Origin: Escherichia coli
Lineage (GTDB): Bacteria > Pseudomonadota > Gammaproteobacteria > Enterobacterales > Enterobacteriaceae
Length of the DNA stretch: 64,000 nt
Assembly: GCF_036507355.1 (NCBI RefSeq)
Contig: NZ_AP027877.1
Strand: one strand, 5' to 3'
The position numbers were made by a program, and so were the translations under genes. This document shows, in pieces, positions 35,437-46,200 of the stretch. The stretch's first letter is position 1. Each line of letters starts with the position of its first letter. The notes below the pieces were generated by a model. The model was not told the DNA's origin. It saw only the letters and a program-made list of their open reading frames with translations, and searched no databases.

Positions 35437-36564
35437 TCATTTTGTGTCATAACTTTCTATGACCTGAGAAACCACTGCGTGTGATGTCGCTGCATTGTGA
35501 AAAGCGTAGCGACGGGTCGCCGTGAGTGAATGGTGATTTAGCAGATGGGAAGCGATTGCAATATCCCCGGTCGCCTGTAGTACCCGGGTGGCAAAGGTAC
35601 GGCGCAGGTCATGCATCCGCAGGTTATCAATGTTGGCATCCCGACAAATACGGGCAAAGGTTGCACGCGGATATGCCAGAGGGCGGGCATTGTCGGTTAG
35701 TTGTGGAAAAATGTAAGTTTTGCTGAGCATCAGGTCCTGCTGGCACTGGACAACTGCAATGGCTGGAAGTGCAAGTGGGCAGGTGAAAGGGTGTCCGGAC
35801 TTTGTATCAGGCAGTATGAGTTGATGCATATCCGGGTGCCAGTACTCCCATTTCAGGGTACATACCTCACCAATACGCATCCCCGTATAAAGAGCAAGCA
35901 ATATAGAATCAGCTGCCGGTGTTTGCAGCGCTGTTGCTGCGTTAATAAAGCGCGGGATTTCTGTCGCTGACAGTGTGCGATAGCGAATGTTATTTTCTTT
36001 CAGATAGCGGACATGTGACATCGGGGAATGTGTGATCCATCCAGCACGTACTGCCAGAGAGCATATTTTGGACAATATTGCGAGGATACGGTTTACTGTT
36101 GACGGACGTAATTTTTCCCGTAAGCCAGCAGCATATTGTTCTAGTTCTCCTGCCGTGATGTCGCGAAGTTGCCGCTTGCCCCAGAACGGGCGAACGTAGA
36201 GGTTGAGTTTTGACAACTCTGACTGAGGACTCTTTTTATACAACTGCAAATCCGGTAGCCACAGGTCATTGATGGCCTGTTCCACAGTGAATCGACGGGA
36301 CTGAACAGCAAGGCGATTTTTATCGGCAAGCAGGTTCATCACATGCTGACGGGCATCCTCAATGCAGAGATGAGGGAATTCACCCAGTGTTTCATATATA
36401 CGTTGATTTTTGATGGTGGCGCGAAAGGCCAGCGTGATCCGTTTTGGATATACCAGTGCACGCAGGTTTTGGCACTGAATATCACGGTATTCCTGACAAC
36501 CCGTGAGGGGATGTGGAAGTTGGTGAATTGATTTGTTGCTGAAACGCAGATCCAGAATAGGCAT
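35437..36564 (-). CDS. Second tyrosine recombinase / integrase
   Basis: Catalytic HDLRRTFATRV (HxxR) and TRRYAF (Tyr), plus core-binding-like N-terminal region. Confidence 0.85.
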   Translation of the reverse strand: MPILDLRFSNKSIHQLPHPLTGCQEYRDIQCQNLRALVYPKRITLAFRATIKNQRIYETLGEFPHLCIEDARQHVMNLLADKNRLAVQSRRFTVEQAINDLWLPDLQLYKKSPQSELSKLNLYVRPFWGKRQLRDITAGELEQYAAGLREKLRPSTVNRILAILSKICSLAVRAGWITHSPMSHVRYLKENNIRYRTLSATEIPRFINAATALQTPAADSILLALYTGMRIGEVCTLKWEYWHPDMHQLILPDTKSGHPFTCPLALPAIAVVQCQQDLMLSKTYIFPQLTDNARPLAYPRATFARICRDANIDNLRMHDLRRTFATRVLQATGDIAIASHLLNHHSLTATRRYAFHNAATSHAVVSQVIESYDTK

Positions 36565-36706
36565 CGTATTTCTCCTGTAAATGACACTGGAAAAATACGA
36601 TGTGAGGTTATAGTCTGCCAGTTACAGCTTTCACAGTTCATCAGGTGAAAAATGCTGATTCGGATATAATGGCAACACAATTCCATGTCGCCATTATATT
36701 AAGAAA

Positions 36707-37837
36707 CTACAGTTTCATGATCTTGTTCGCTATTTTTTCGAAGTAAACCTCATTCTTAAGAAGAGTGATATTGTTAGTTTGAACACCCAGACCACTGGAG
36801 GTTGACTGGAAGTTGAGTGAACCACTTATCACGGTGGACTTTCCTGATAAAAATGAAATCAACTCCTTGGAAGATGGTGCCCACTCAGGGTTTAAGAGTA
36901 ATGCAATGTAGATATATGTCTTACGAAGCAATTGTTCGATATCTTTTTTATACCCCGTAGTGTTTTGCTTACCTTTAATGCAAATTGATTTGATTATGAA
37001 CTCATCAGGGCTGGTTAAAGGCGTTTTAAACTTATTCAGTGATCCATCGTTATGAATGACTTCATAAGGCAGCATAGATAAAATGATCAATGCAATCATT
37101 TTAGGATGATAAAGGTAGTTATCACGAATGATTTTTCCTGCCTTCATTGTATTGAGTGTTGTTTGAATAAATACAAAAAGATATTCAGAGCAAAAGTAAC
37201 AAAACACAAGCCAGGATAGGTCAATGGCTGGAATGTTAATATCCTTAGGTAGTTTGTTTAGCCAGTATTCAGACTTCAAAAAGGTCCTGATTTCAACAGT
37301 ATATTCATGCATTTTTGCGCTGAAATCAAGCATTGCTACTTGACCTGATTGTTCCGTAACTGTGTGGTCTATAAATGTTAGTGTATTGCACATTTTATCC
37401 AGCGTGTTTTGAAAACAAGAAAGGAGTTCGGCATTATTATTACCATTAACCGCAGATGAAAGTTCAGTTGCAATAAATGCATCCAGTAGCATACAGATTT
37501 TTTTCGGAATGACATTTTTACGGGATTGCTGTGAATAGAAATATACTGCCAGTAAATTAAAGGCAGTGCACTCCTTTTTTAACCATTGTTCGAGCACTGG
37601 GACGTGCTGAAAAAAATTGATATGCTTAGCAGTAGATGCTGATGGAGATAGTACATGAAGAATATCTACAGCAGGCTTCATTTGCAATATTTGATCGGAT
37701 TCGGTAGTCGTCATTAGTTCCAGTAATTGCTGTTCAGAAAATAGTTTAGACAGGTGATCAATGTCTTTTTGGTATTGGTTAAGTTTTTTTAAATTCCCCG
37801 GTACACGGGTTACATTGTTTTTCATTTTCTCGAACAT
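36707..37837 (-). CDS. Hypothetical protein (376 aa), AT-rich orphan
   Basis: Long ORF in visibly AT-rich DNA; no motif recognised. Confidence 0.55.
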   Translation of the reverse strand: MFEKMKNNVTRVPGNLKKLNQYQKDIDHLSKLFSEQQLLELMTTTESDQILQMKPAVDILHVLSPSASTAKHINFFQHVPVLEQWLKKECTAFNLLAVYFYSQQSRKNVIPKKICMLLDAFIATELSSAVNGNNNAELLSCFQNTLDKMCNTLTFIDHTVTEQSGQVAMLDFSAKMHEYTVEIRTFLKSEYWLNKLPKDINIPAIDLSWLVFCYFCSEYLFVFIQTTLNTMKAGKIIRDNYLYHPKMIALIILSMLPYEVIHNDGSLNKFKTPLTSPDEFIIKSICIKGKQNTTGYKKDIEQLLRKTYIYIALLLNPEWAPSSKELISFLSGKSTVISGSLNFQSTSSGLGVQTNNITLLKNEVYFEKIANKIMKL

Positions 37838-38239
37838 AATTTTATCCTCGTTTGAATTAATACACTGATTTAAAAAGTAGCATGTCGTGTTAGCGAGGTA
37901 ATCCTAAAACGTGAATGGGATCAGGGGCAAGCTTGAATCTGCGTAAGGATATGGCTTAAATTTAATGGTGTAATTAGTGGATTAGAGGCTTATAGCTATT
38001 TAAATACAATAAGTTATGACGGTGTGTGGCGGGTGTAAATCGGTTAGTTTTTATGGTTAAAATATGAGCGCTATGAGGTTTCAGAGATGGTGGTGTTTAA
38101 ATTACATAAAACCAAGGCCTGATAATCAGTATCAATACCGGAACGATGTCATATGATTAACACTGTCTATGGCATTGATAATGATCTATGCAAGGCTGAA
38201 ATTAGCTCTGCTTCACGATGATATAGTGTTCTATAAAGA

Positions 38240-39475
38240 TTAAAAGGAAATAAACAGAGCCTTTCGCCGATGAATCAATGTGCTGATTTCCCTCAAATCA
38301 GCCTCAATACTACCAACATCACCAAAGACTTCACCTCTAATCTCACTTCGATTTTTCATGAAATTGGTGCTTAATAAGCTTTCTTTTTTTAATGCCATTA
38401 ATTTTGGTTTTATATCGTTATAGAAATGCTTACGGCTTACCCTGATGCTATGAATCGAGTAGTAAACTGTTTTATACATCAAAAATATAAGTAACTGGCC
38501 GAGAAGATATTCTTTTTCAATGTATTTATATTGAGAGGATTTTTCGCGTTTCGCCAGGTAGAAAACATGAGGTGCGATGATGGTGGGGATAAAATCCAGT
38601 GCTGGAGAGGTTTTGGTTTTTTCTGTTTCTCTTCCGGATTGAAGATGTTGAAGTACAGAGTATACAATGCTTAAAATTATGGCGTTACTTATATTATTAA
38701 TTGCAGTTGGGTAAATATGCAGATTGCTTATCAATTCTGAAAGGCAAAGTAAAACACCAGTGATGTTGGGTTTTCTGCCGGAGATTGTGGTGCTGTTGAA
38801 AATGTGACGATTCTTACGACTTATATTGACAAGTTTATGAGTGCAGAACTCTATATGTTCGACGATTTTATCTTGACTATTTTTAATGTATTTTGAAATG
38901 TTAGTGATCCGGCCATTCAACGTTAGTTCATCAAGCAATATATCATTTTTAATATTGCGAATTTCATCGCAATGTTCACATTGAGAAACTATCTCATGTA
39001 ATACATAACTCGAAGTATTGCGTGACGATGCTGATATGTAATCTAAAATGGAATGCTCGACTTTGATTTTTTGTTTGTATTTTTTAATGCACTGTTTGAT
39101 TGTTTTTTGTAGAGTATTTGAGATGTGTTTTTTATATTCTTTTAGAAAATCTTGCTCTAAAAAGAGTGAGGAGAAGATCAACTGCTGGCGAGATAATTTA
39201 ATCTCAGGCTTGATCAATTTAATCCGAAAAACTCTTCCCTCCAACTCATAGCTGAACATGGAAGATAAGTCATAGTGGGGTGATAAATGTTCGAGTAACG
39301 ACATTCGTGTATTCATTAGCCGCTTGAATTTATGGTCAGCATACATAAGTGTTTTTTTTATTTGCTCATCATAAAGTGGGCCGATAGCGCAGTTGGCAAT
39401 ACTCATTCTATCCGGAGACCTCCAGTCAGCAGGGGAATCACATTGACGGTCATCATTACTATCAAAGGGCATCAA
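38240..39475 (-). CDS. Hypothetical protein (411 aa), AT-rich orphan
   Basis: Long ORF in visibly AT-rich DNA; no motif recognised. Confidence 0.55.
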   Translation of the reverse strand: MMPFDSNDDRQCDSPADWRSPDRMSIANCAIGPLYDEQIKKTLMYADHKFKRLMNTRMSLLEHLSPHYDLSSMFSYELEGRVFRIKLIKPEIKLSRQQLIFSSLFLEQDFLKEYKKHISNTLQKTIKQCIKKYKQKIKVEHSILDYISASSRNTSSYVLHEIVSQCEHCDEIRNIKNDILLDELTLNGRITNISKYIKNSQDKIVEHIEFCTHKLVNISRKNRHIFNSTTISGRKPNITGVLLCLSELISNLHIYPTAINNISNAIILSIVYSVLQHLQSGRETEKTKTSPALDFIPTIIAPHVFYLAKREKSSQYKYIEKEYLLGQLLIFLMYKTVYYSIHSIRVSRKHFYNDIKPKLMALKKESLLSTNFMKNRSEIRGEVFGDVGSIEADLREISTLIHRRKALFISF

Positions 39476-39778
39476 CGTTGCCGATTATGGATGATGTCAG
39501 CTTCACACACCAGTACGGGTGATATATGGATCATCATTACCCCAACGGCAGTTTTACACCATGGCTAATATGGATGCTATCTTACTAAGATAATTGGTTT
39601 TTAGCGAGTGACGAGCCAGGTTGTGTCAGTCTGTCTCATGTCGATATTACGGGGATGATGCAAACCTGAATGCTGCGATATTGGCGTGTCAGGGGAGGCA
39701 TCTTACGGTATCATTTACCGCAATTTTTAAGATGCAAAGCCCTGCATCGCTAGCTTTTTCTTCAGACCAGGATGATTC

Positions 39779-41302
39779 ATGAACGACAAAATCAGTCAGG
39801 ACACGATCAACAAAGCCCTGTGGGCCGCGTGTGATACGTTCCGTGGCACCATCAGTGCTGATACCTATAAAGACTTTATCCTTACCATGCTGTTCCTCAA
39901 GTACATTTCAGATGTCTGGCAGGATCACTACGACGAATATAAAGTGCAATATGGCGATGCGCCGGAACTGATTGAAGCGATGATGGCGAACGAGCGCTTC
40001 GTGTTGCCGAAAAGCGCCAGTTTCTATGCGTTGTACGAGCGACGTCATGAGCCGGGCAACGGTGAGCGTATCGATCAGGCGCTGCATGCGATTGAAGAAG
40101 CCAACGGCACCAAACTGAAAGATGCCGGGAAAAGTGTCTTCCAGGATATTTCGTTTAACACTGACCGTCTGGGCGAAGAAAAACAGAAGAACACCATCCT
40201 GCGTCAGTTGCTGGAAGACTTTGCCGGTGAAGATCTTAACCTGAAGCCAAGCCGTGTCGGTACGCTGGACGTTATCGGTAATGCTTACGAATATCTGATC
40301 AAAAACTTTGCTGCCAGCGGTGGGCAGAAAGCCGGGGAATTCTATACCCCGCCGGAAGTTTCGGACCTGATTGCTGAACTGCTCGATCCGCAACCGGGTG
40401 ATACCATCTGCGATCCGGCCTGTGGTTCGGGTTCATTGTTGATGAAGTGTGGGCGTAAAATTGTCTCCGGGCATGATAGTCGTAACTATGCATTGTTCGG
40501 TCAGGAAGCGATCGGTTCTACGTGGTCGCTGGCGAAAATGAATATGTTCCTGCACGGGGAAGACAACCATAAAATCGAGTGGGGCGATACCATTCGTAAC
40601 CCGAAGCTGCTCGATAAAAATGGCGACCTGATGCTGTTTGATATCGTGACCGCTAACCCACCGTTCAGCCTCGATAAGTGGGGCCATGACGAGGCCGAGA
40701 ACGATAAGTTTGGCCGTTTTCGTCGCGGTGTACCGCCGAAGACTAAAGGAGATTACGCTTTTATCTCGCATATGATCGAAACCCTGAAACCGGGAACTGG
40801 CCGTATGGGCGTAGTTGTGCCACACGGTGTGCTTTTCCGTGGCTCCAGCGAAGGTAAAATTCGCCAGAAACTGATCGACGAAAATTTGCTGGATGCGGTA
40901 ATTGGTCTGCCGGAAAAACTGTTCTACGGTACGGGGATTCCGGCTGCGATTCTGATTTTTAAAAAGCAGAAAGTTGATGACAAGGTGCTGTTTATCGATG
41001 CCAGCCGTGAATTCAAGGCAGGTAAAAACCAGAACCAGCTTAGCGAAGAAAACATTAAGAAAATCGTCAAGACCTACCGTGATGGCGATAACGTCGAGAA
41101 ATACGCCTATCTTGCCAGCCTGAAGGAAATTCAGGACAACGACTATAATCTCAATATCCCGCGCTATGTCGATACCTTTGAAGAAGAGGATGAGATTGAC
41201 CTGCTGGCGGTGCGAGCAGAACGCGAGCAACTGAAGGCGGAATTGGCGAAGCTGGAAACGGAGATGGCTGGATATTTGAAGGAGTTGGGTTATGGCTCGT
41301 GA
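39779..41302 (+). CDS. hsdM: Type I restriction-modification methyltransferase subunit HsdM
   Basis: N6-adenine MTase motifs (DPACGSGS, TANPPFS), 507 aa. Confidence 0.92.
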   Translation: MNDKISQDTINKALWAACDTFRGTISADTYKDFILTMLFLKYISDVWQDHYDEYKVQYGDAPELIEAMMANERFVLPKSASFYALYERRHEPGNGERIDQALHAIEEANGTKLKDAGKSVFQDISFNTDRLGEEKQKNTILRQLLEDFAGEDLNLKPSRVGTLDVIGNAYEYLIKNFAASGGQKAGEFYTPPEVSDLIAELLDPQPGDTICDPACGSGSLLMKCGRKIVSGHDSRNYALFGQEAIGSTWSLAKMNMFLHGEDNHKIEWGDTIRNPKLLDKNGDLMLFDIVTANPPFSLDKWGHDEAENDKFGRFRRGVPPKTKGDYAFISHMIETLKPGTGRMGVVVPHGVLFRGSSEGKIRQKLIDENLLDAVIGLPEKLFYGTGIPAAILIFKKQKVDDKVLFIDASREFKAGKNQNQLSEENIKKIVKTYRDGDNVEKYAYLASLKEIQDNDYNLNIPRYVDTFEEEDEIDLLAVRAEREQLKAELAKLETEMAGYLKELGYGS

Positions 41303-42566
41303 TTCGCTTTACCCAGTGAGCGTTAAAGCTGGAAAACCGATCCTTGGAATGCTACCTACAGGATGGCAAAAGTTATCATTAGAAAAGTGCTTAAATATAG
41401 AGGCAAGAAAGGCATATATACAAGATAATCAAGAGTATGACTTAGTTACAGTAAAGCGCTCCAGAGGTGGCGTAATAAGACGTGAGCATCTTAAAGGAAA
41501 AGATATCTCCGTAAAAAGTCAATTCTATATTAAAGAAGGCGACTTTCTCATATCAAAACGACAAATTGTGCACGGTGCTTGCGGTCTTGTACCTAAAGAA
41601 CTTTCTGGCTCAATTGTATCGAATGAATATTGTGTGCTTACAGGGAAGTCCGGTTTTTATCTTCCTTATATGGAATTTCTATCGGAGTCTCTATATTTCC
41701 AGCAAACCTGCTTCCACTCTAGCATTGGTGTGCACATAGAGAAAATGATTTTTAAGTTAGATAGTTGGTTTAAGTGGCCATTTAATATCCCCCCACTGTC
41801 TGAACAAAAGAGAATCGTTAAAATCCTGTCAACCTGGGATAAGGCGATTTCGGTGACGGAAAAGCTTCTCACCAACAGTCAGCAGCAGAAAAAAGCCCTG
41901 ATGCAGCAATTGCTTACCGGGAAAAAACGCTTGCTGGATGAGAGGGGGGTGAGGTTTAGTGGGGAGTGGAAGAGAGTAAAACTGGGTGCGATAGCCGATA
42001 TGAACAGTGGAGGTACTCCGAAATCAACGGTTGAAGAGTATTATGGCGGGAATATCCCATGGGTATCTATTTCTGATATGACATCTAATGGAAAGTGGAT
42101 TGCTACAACTGAAAAATATCTGACTGAATTAGGATTGAACAGTTCATCCGCAAGAATATATCCAAAAAACTCGGTTCTTTATGCTATGTATGCTTCTATA
42201 GGTGAATGCAGCATTGCTGCTGTAAATTTAACATCTTCGCAGGCAATCTTGGGTATTAGACCAAAAGATTGTTTAAATTATGAGTTTTTATATTTCTATC
42301 TTACATCATTAAAAGAAAAAATAAAACTGCAAGGCCAGCAAGGTACACAGTCCAACCTAAACGCCGGAATGGTTAAAGAGTTTGAACTAGACTTACCCAG
42401 TATAAGAGAACAACAAAAAATCGCCGCCGTCCTGTCCGTCGCCGATGCCGAAATCTCCACGCTGGAGAAAAAACTCGCCTGCCTGAGAGATGAGAAAAAA
42501 GCCCTGATGCAACAGCTACTGACTGGCAAACGTCGTGTTAAGGTCGATGAGGCGGTTGCCGAATGA
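41292..42566 (+). CDS. hsdS: Type I R-M specificity subunit HsdS
   Basis: Two target-recognition domains separated by repeated conserved helices (KKALMQQLLTGKKRL / KKALMQQLLTGKRRV); overlaps hsdM. Confidence 0.9.
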   Translation: MARDSLYPVSVKAGKPILGMLPTGWQKLSLEKCLNIEARKAYIQDNQEYDLVTVKRSRGGVIRREHLKGKDISVKSQFYIKEGDFLISKRQIVHGACGLVPKELSGSIVSNEYCVLTGKSGFYLPYMEFLSESLYFQQTCFHSSIGVHIEKMIFKLDSWFKWPFNIPPLSEQKRIVKILSTWDKAISVTEKLLTNSQQQKKALMQQLLTGKKRLLDERGVRFSGEWKRVKLGAIADMNSGGTPKSTVEEYYGGNIPWVSISDMTSNGKWIATTEKYLTELGLNSSSARIYPKNSVLYAMYASIGECSIAAVNLTSSQAILGIRPKDCLNYEFLYFYLTSLKEKIKLQGQQGTQSNLNAGMVKEFELDLPSIREQQKIAAVLSVADAEISTLEKKLACLRDEKKALMQQLLTGKRRVKVDEAVAE

Positions 42567-43246
42567 AACTGACGAAAAGCGGTCCACTGACTGACCGGGA
42601 AATCGACTGGCTGGAAGAAATATTAATGAAGTATGGAATGGATGATTCTGTACTCTGTTTCTCTGAGCTGGATGGATTGCTGACGGCGATTTTATCAGGT
42701 CCAAATATGGTTTCACCCAATATCTGGCTGAGTGCTATTTGGGGAGGAGGCGATTATCATCCGAAATGGTCATCTGAGAGAGAGATGGAGCGTTTTGTCA
42801 GTCTGTGTTTTCAGCATATGAACGATATCGCTGGTTGCCTTTATGACGCCCCTGAACTGTTTGAGCCGATTTTCAATGAGCGTGAGGTAAAGGGGGAAAA
42901 ATATACCATTGTGGAAGAGTGGTGTTTTGGTTATATGAAAGGAAAGTCACTGGATGACTGGTCTGGTCTTCCCGGTGAGTTACGGCCTTCTCTGGAAGTG
43001 ATCGCTCTTCATGGCGTGGAGAAGAATTTTCCTGTACTTGAGAAAATGACCAGAGAGCAGTTTGAGAAAAGTATTTCCCTTATTAAGCCTGCTGCACTGG
43101 CACTTTATCAGTACTGGTTGTCAGTGAGAATGTCAGAGGCATCATCCCGGCCTGTTCCAGTGAAGGGGGCAGAAAACATGCCCGGGCGAAATGACCCGTG
43201 TCCGTGTGGCAGCGGTAAAAAATTTAAGAAGTGCTGTCTGCATTGA
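42563..43246 (+). CDS. YecA-like UPF0149 protein with C-terminal SEC-C metal-binding motif, nested in the hsd operon
   Basis: Aligns along its length with chromosomal YecA at 52141-52806; ends [20 protein letters not shown]; ATGA overlap with the hsdS stop. Confidence 0.8.
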   Translation: MKLTKSGPLTDREIDWLEEILMKYGMDDSVLCFSELDGLLTAILSGPNMVSPNIWLSAIWGGGDYHPKWSSEREMERFVSLCFQHMNDIAGCLYDAPELFEPIFNEREVKGEKYTIVEEWCFGYMKGKSLDDWSGLPGELRPSLEVIALHGVEKNFPVLEKMTREQFEKSISLIKPAALALYQYWLSVRMSEASSRPVPVKGAENMPGRNDPCPCGSGKKFKKCCLH

Positions 43247-43295
43247 TGAATCTTCATGTGACCAGTAGCGAGTAGCGCCAGAAAGAAAAGGATTA

Positions 43296-46200
43296 ATGAT
43301 GAACCAGACGTACACGCCTAAATTCCAGGAAGAATACAGCGCCAAAATTCCGGCACTGACGTTACTGACCAGCCTCGGCTGGACGTTTTTATCTCCGAAA
43401 CAGATTATGGATTACCGGGGCTATAAACAGGATGAGGTGGTGCTGCGTCCGGTTCTGCGTGAAGAGCTGTCGAAGCGTTCCTTTATGGCGGGTGGCAAAA
43501 CCTGCCAGTTATCGGAAAAAGCACTGGATAACCTGATATCACAGGTCTGTTCTCCGGCGCTGAATGAAGGGCTGCTCAAAGCCAATGAACGGATGTATAA
43601 CCATCTGCTCTACGGTATCGCCGTCACGGAGTTTGTCGATGGCAAGAAGGTGAACCCCACCATTGCGCTGATCGACTGGGAACATCCGGAAAGTAACCAG
43701 TTCCATTTTACCGAAGAATTTACGGTATTGCGGTCAGGCGGTGTCGAAACCCGCAGGCCGGATATTGTGTGTTTTGTGAATGGTATCCCGCTGGCCGTCA
43801 TTGAAGCGAAAAGCCCGGCGGGTCACGGCAAGAAAGGGCCAACCATTGACGAAGGGATATCCCAGAGTATCCGCAATCAGCTCAACGACGAAATCCCGCA
43901 GCTGTTTGCTTACAGCCAGATATTACTGTCGATTAACGGGCATGACGGGCGCTACGGTACCTGTCATACACCAATGAAATTCTGGGCGGCATGGCGCGAA
44001 GAAGATATTACTTACGCGCAGATGTATGCGCTGCGCAACCATAAGTTATCGACTGAACAAATTCATGCGTTGTTTGATGATCGTCCTTCAGTCGATCTCA
44101 AATGGTATCAACAGTTAATCGATGGGGGGGAACTGGCAGTCAGCGGGCAGGATAAGCTGCTCATCAGTCTGCTTTCACCGGAACGTCTGCTGGAGATGAC
44201 CCGCTTCTTCACCCTGTTTGATAAAAAAACCGGAAAAATTGTTGCCCGCTATCAGCAGGTGTTCGGTATTAAAAGACTGCTGGAACGCATCAGTACCCGC
44301 AGACCAGACGGGGGCAGGGAAGGTGGGGTGATCTGGCATACCACGGGGTCAGGTAAATCTTACACCATGGTATTCCTCAGCAAGGCGCTGATTCTTCATG
44401 ACAGCCTGAAGCAGTGTCGTATTGTGGTGGTGACGGACCGCGTGGACCTTGAAGGGCAGCTCAGCGGCACTTTTGTCTCTGGTGGCGAACTGGCAGGGAA
44501 GGATGATAAGGCCAAAGCGATGGCAACCTCAGGTCAGAAGCTGGCACAGCAGATTGGCTCTGGTAAAGAACGTATAATCTTTACCCTTATCCAGAAATTT
44601 AACTCAGCGACAAAATTGCCTGAATGCGTCAACACCAGCCCCGACATCATCGTTCTGATTGATGAAGGACACCGTAGCCAGGGTGGTGAGAACCATGTGC
44701 GAATGAAACTGGCACTGCCGAACGCCGCCTTTGTGGCATTTACTGGTACGCCATTGCTAAAAGAAGATAAGACCACCAATAAATTCGGGCCGATTGTCCA
44801 CGCTTATACCATGCAGCGAGCGGTAGAAGATAAAGCCGTTACACCTTTGCTGTATGAAGAACGTATTCCCGACCTTGAGGTTAACGATCGGGCAATAGAT
44901 GCCTGGTTTGATCGTATTACCGATGGGTTAAGCGAAGCGCAAAAAGCCGACCTTAAGCGTAAATATGCCCGTAAAGGTGAGGTTTATAGTGCAGATGATC
45001 GCATCCGTCTGATCGCACTCGATATCGCCACGCACTTCTCGAAGAATATTGATGAGGGGCTGAAAGGCCAGCTTGCCTGCGACAGCAAGATTTCCGCCAT
45101 CAAATATAAAAAGTATCTTGATGAAGCCGGGTTGTTTGAGTCAGCAGTAGTTATCAGCCCGCCGGATACCCGGGAAGGGAATACCGAAGTGGATGAAAGC
45201 AAACTGCCGGAAGTGACGAAATGGTGGAAGGATAATGTCGGCACGCAGGATGAGTCTGTGTATACCCGTAATATCATCAGTCGTTTCGATACCGATGAGA
45301 AGCTCAAATTGCTGATAGTCGTTGATAAACTGCTCACCGGGTTTGATGAGCCGAAGAATACCGTGCTGTATATCGACAAGCCGCTTAAGTCCCACAACCT
45401 TATCCAGGCGATTGCGCGGGTGAACCGACTGCATCCACTAAAAAAGTTCGGTCTGCTGATTGATTATCGCGGTATTCTGGCTGAGCTGGACACGACTATC
45501 GGCAAATATCAGGACCTCGCCTCCCGAACTCAGGGCGGATACGATATCAAAGATATTGACGGGCTGTACAGCGCCATGAGCTCTGAATACAAGCGCCTGC
45601 CGCATCTGTATAACCAGCTGTGGGCCATATTTGCCGGTGTTAAAAACAAAAATGATACTGAGCAGTTACGTGCGGTACTGGTGCCTAAAATGGAAGAACG
45701 TGACGGAGAGATGGTCGATATCCATCAGAAAACCCGTGATGATTTCTTCGAGGCGTTAACGGCCTTTGCCGGATGCCTGAAAGTGGCACTGCAGTCCGCT
45801 ACCTTCTTCACCGACAAGAGCTTTACGGAACAAGACCGAAATCTCTATAAAGAAACCGTAAAACAGATGTCCAGCCTGCGCCAGTGGGCGATGCAGGTAA
45901 GTGGAGAGCAGGTCAATTATGACGACTACGCTGAGCAGGTGAAAAAACTGCTGGATAAGCATGTCACCGGCGTTGAGGTTCGTGAACCGGATGGCGTGTA
46001 TGAAGTCGGTAAAATGGGCAAGAGCGAAAAGCCCGAAGAGTGGGACAACAATAAAACCCGCAATGAAACCGACATCATTAAAACCCGCGTGACGAAGATG
46101 ATTGAGCAGGAATTGCGTGATGACCCGTATGCTCAGGAGGCATTTTCAAAACTCCTGCGTATGGCTATCGAAGAGGCTGAAAAACTGTTTGACCATCCGC

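Noticed and set aside
40433-41230. 265-aa minus-strand ORF inside hsdM
   Set aside because: Antisense to a confidently identified methyltransferase gene; low-complexity translation.
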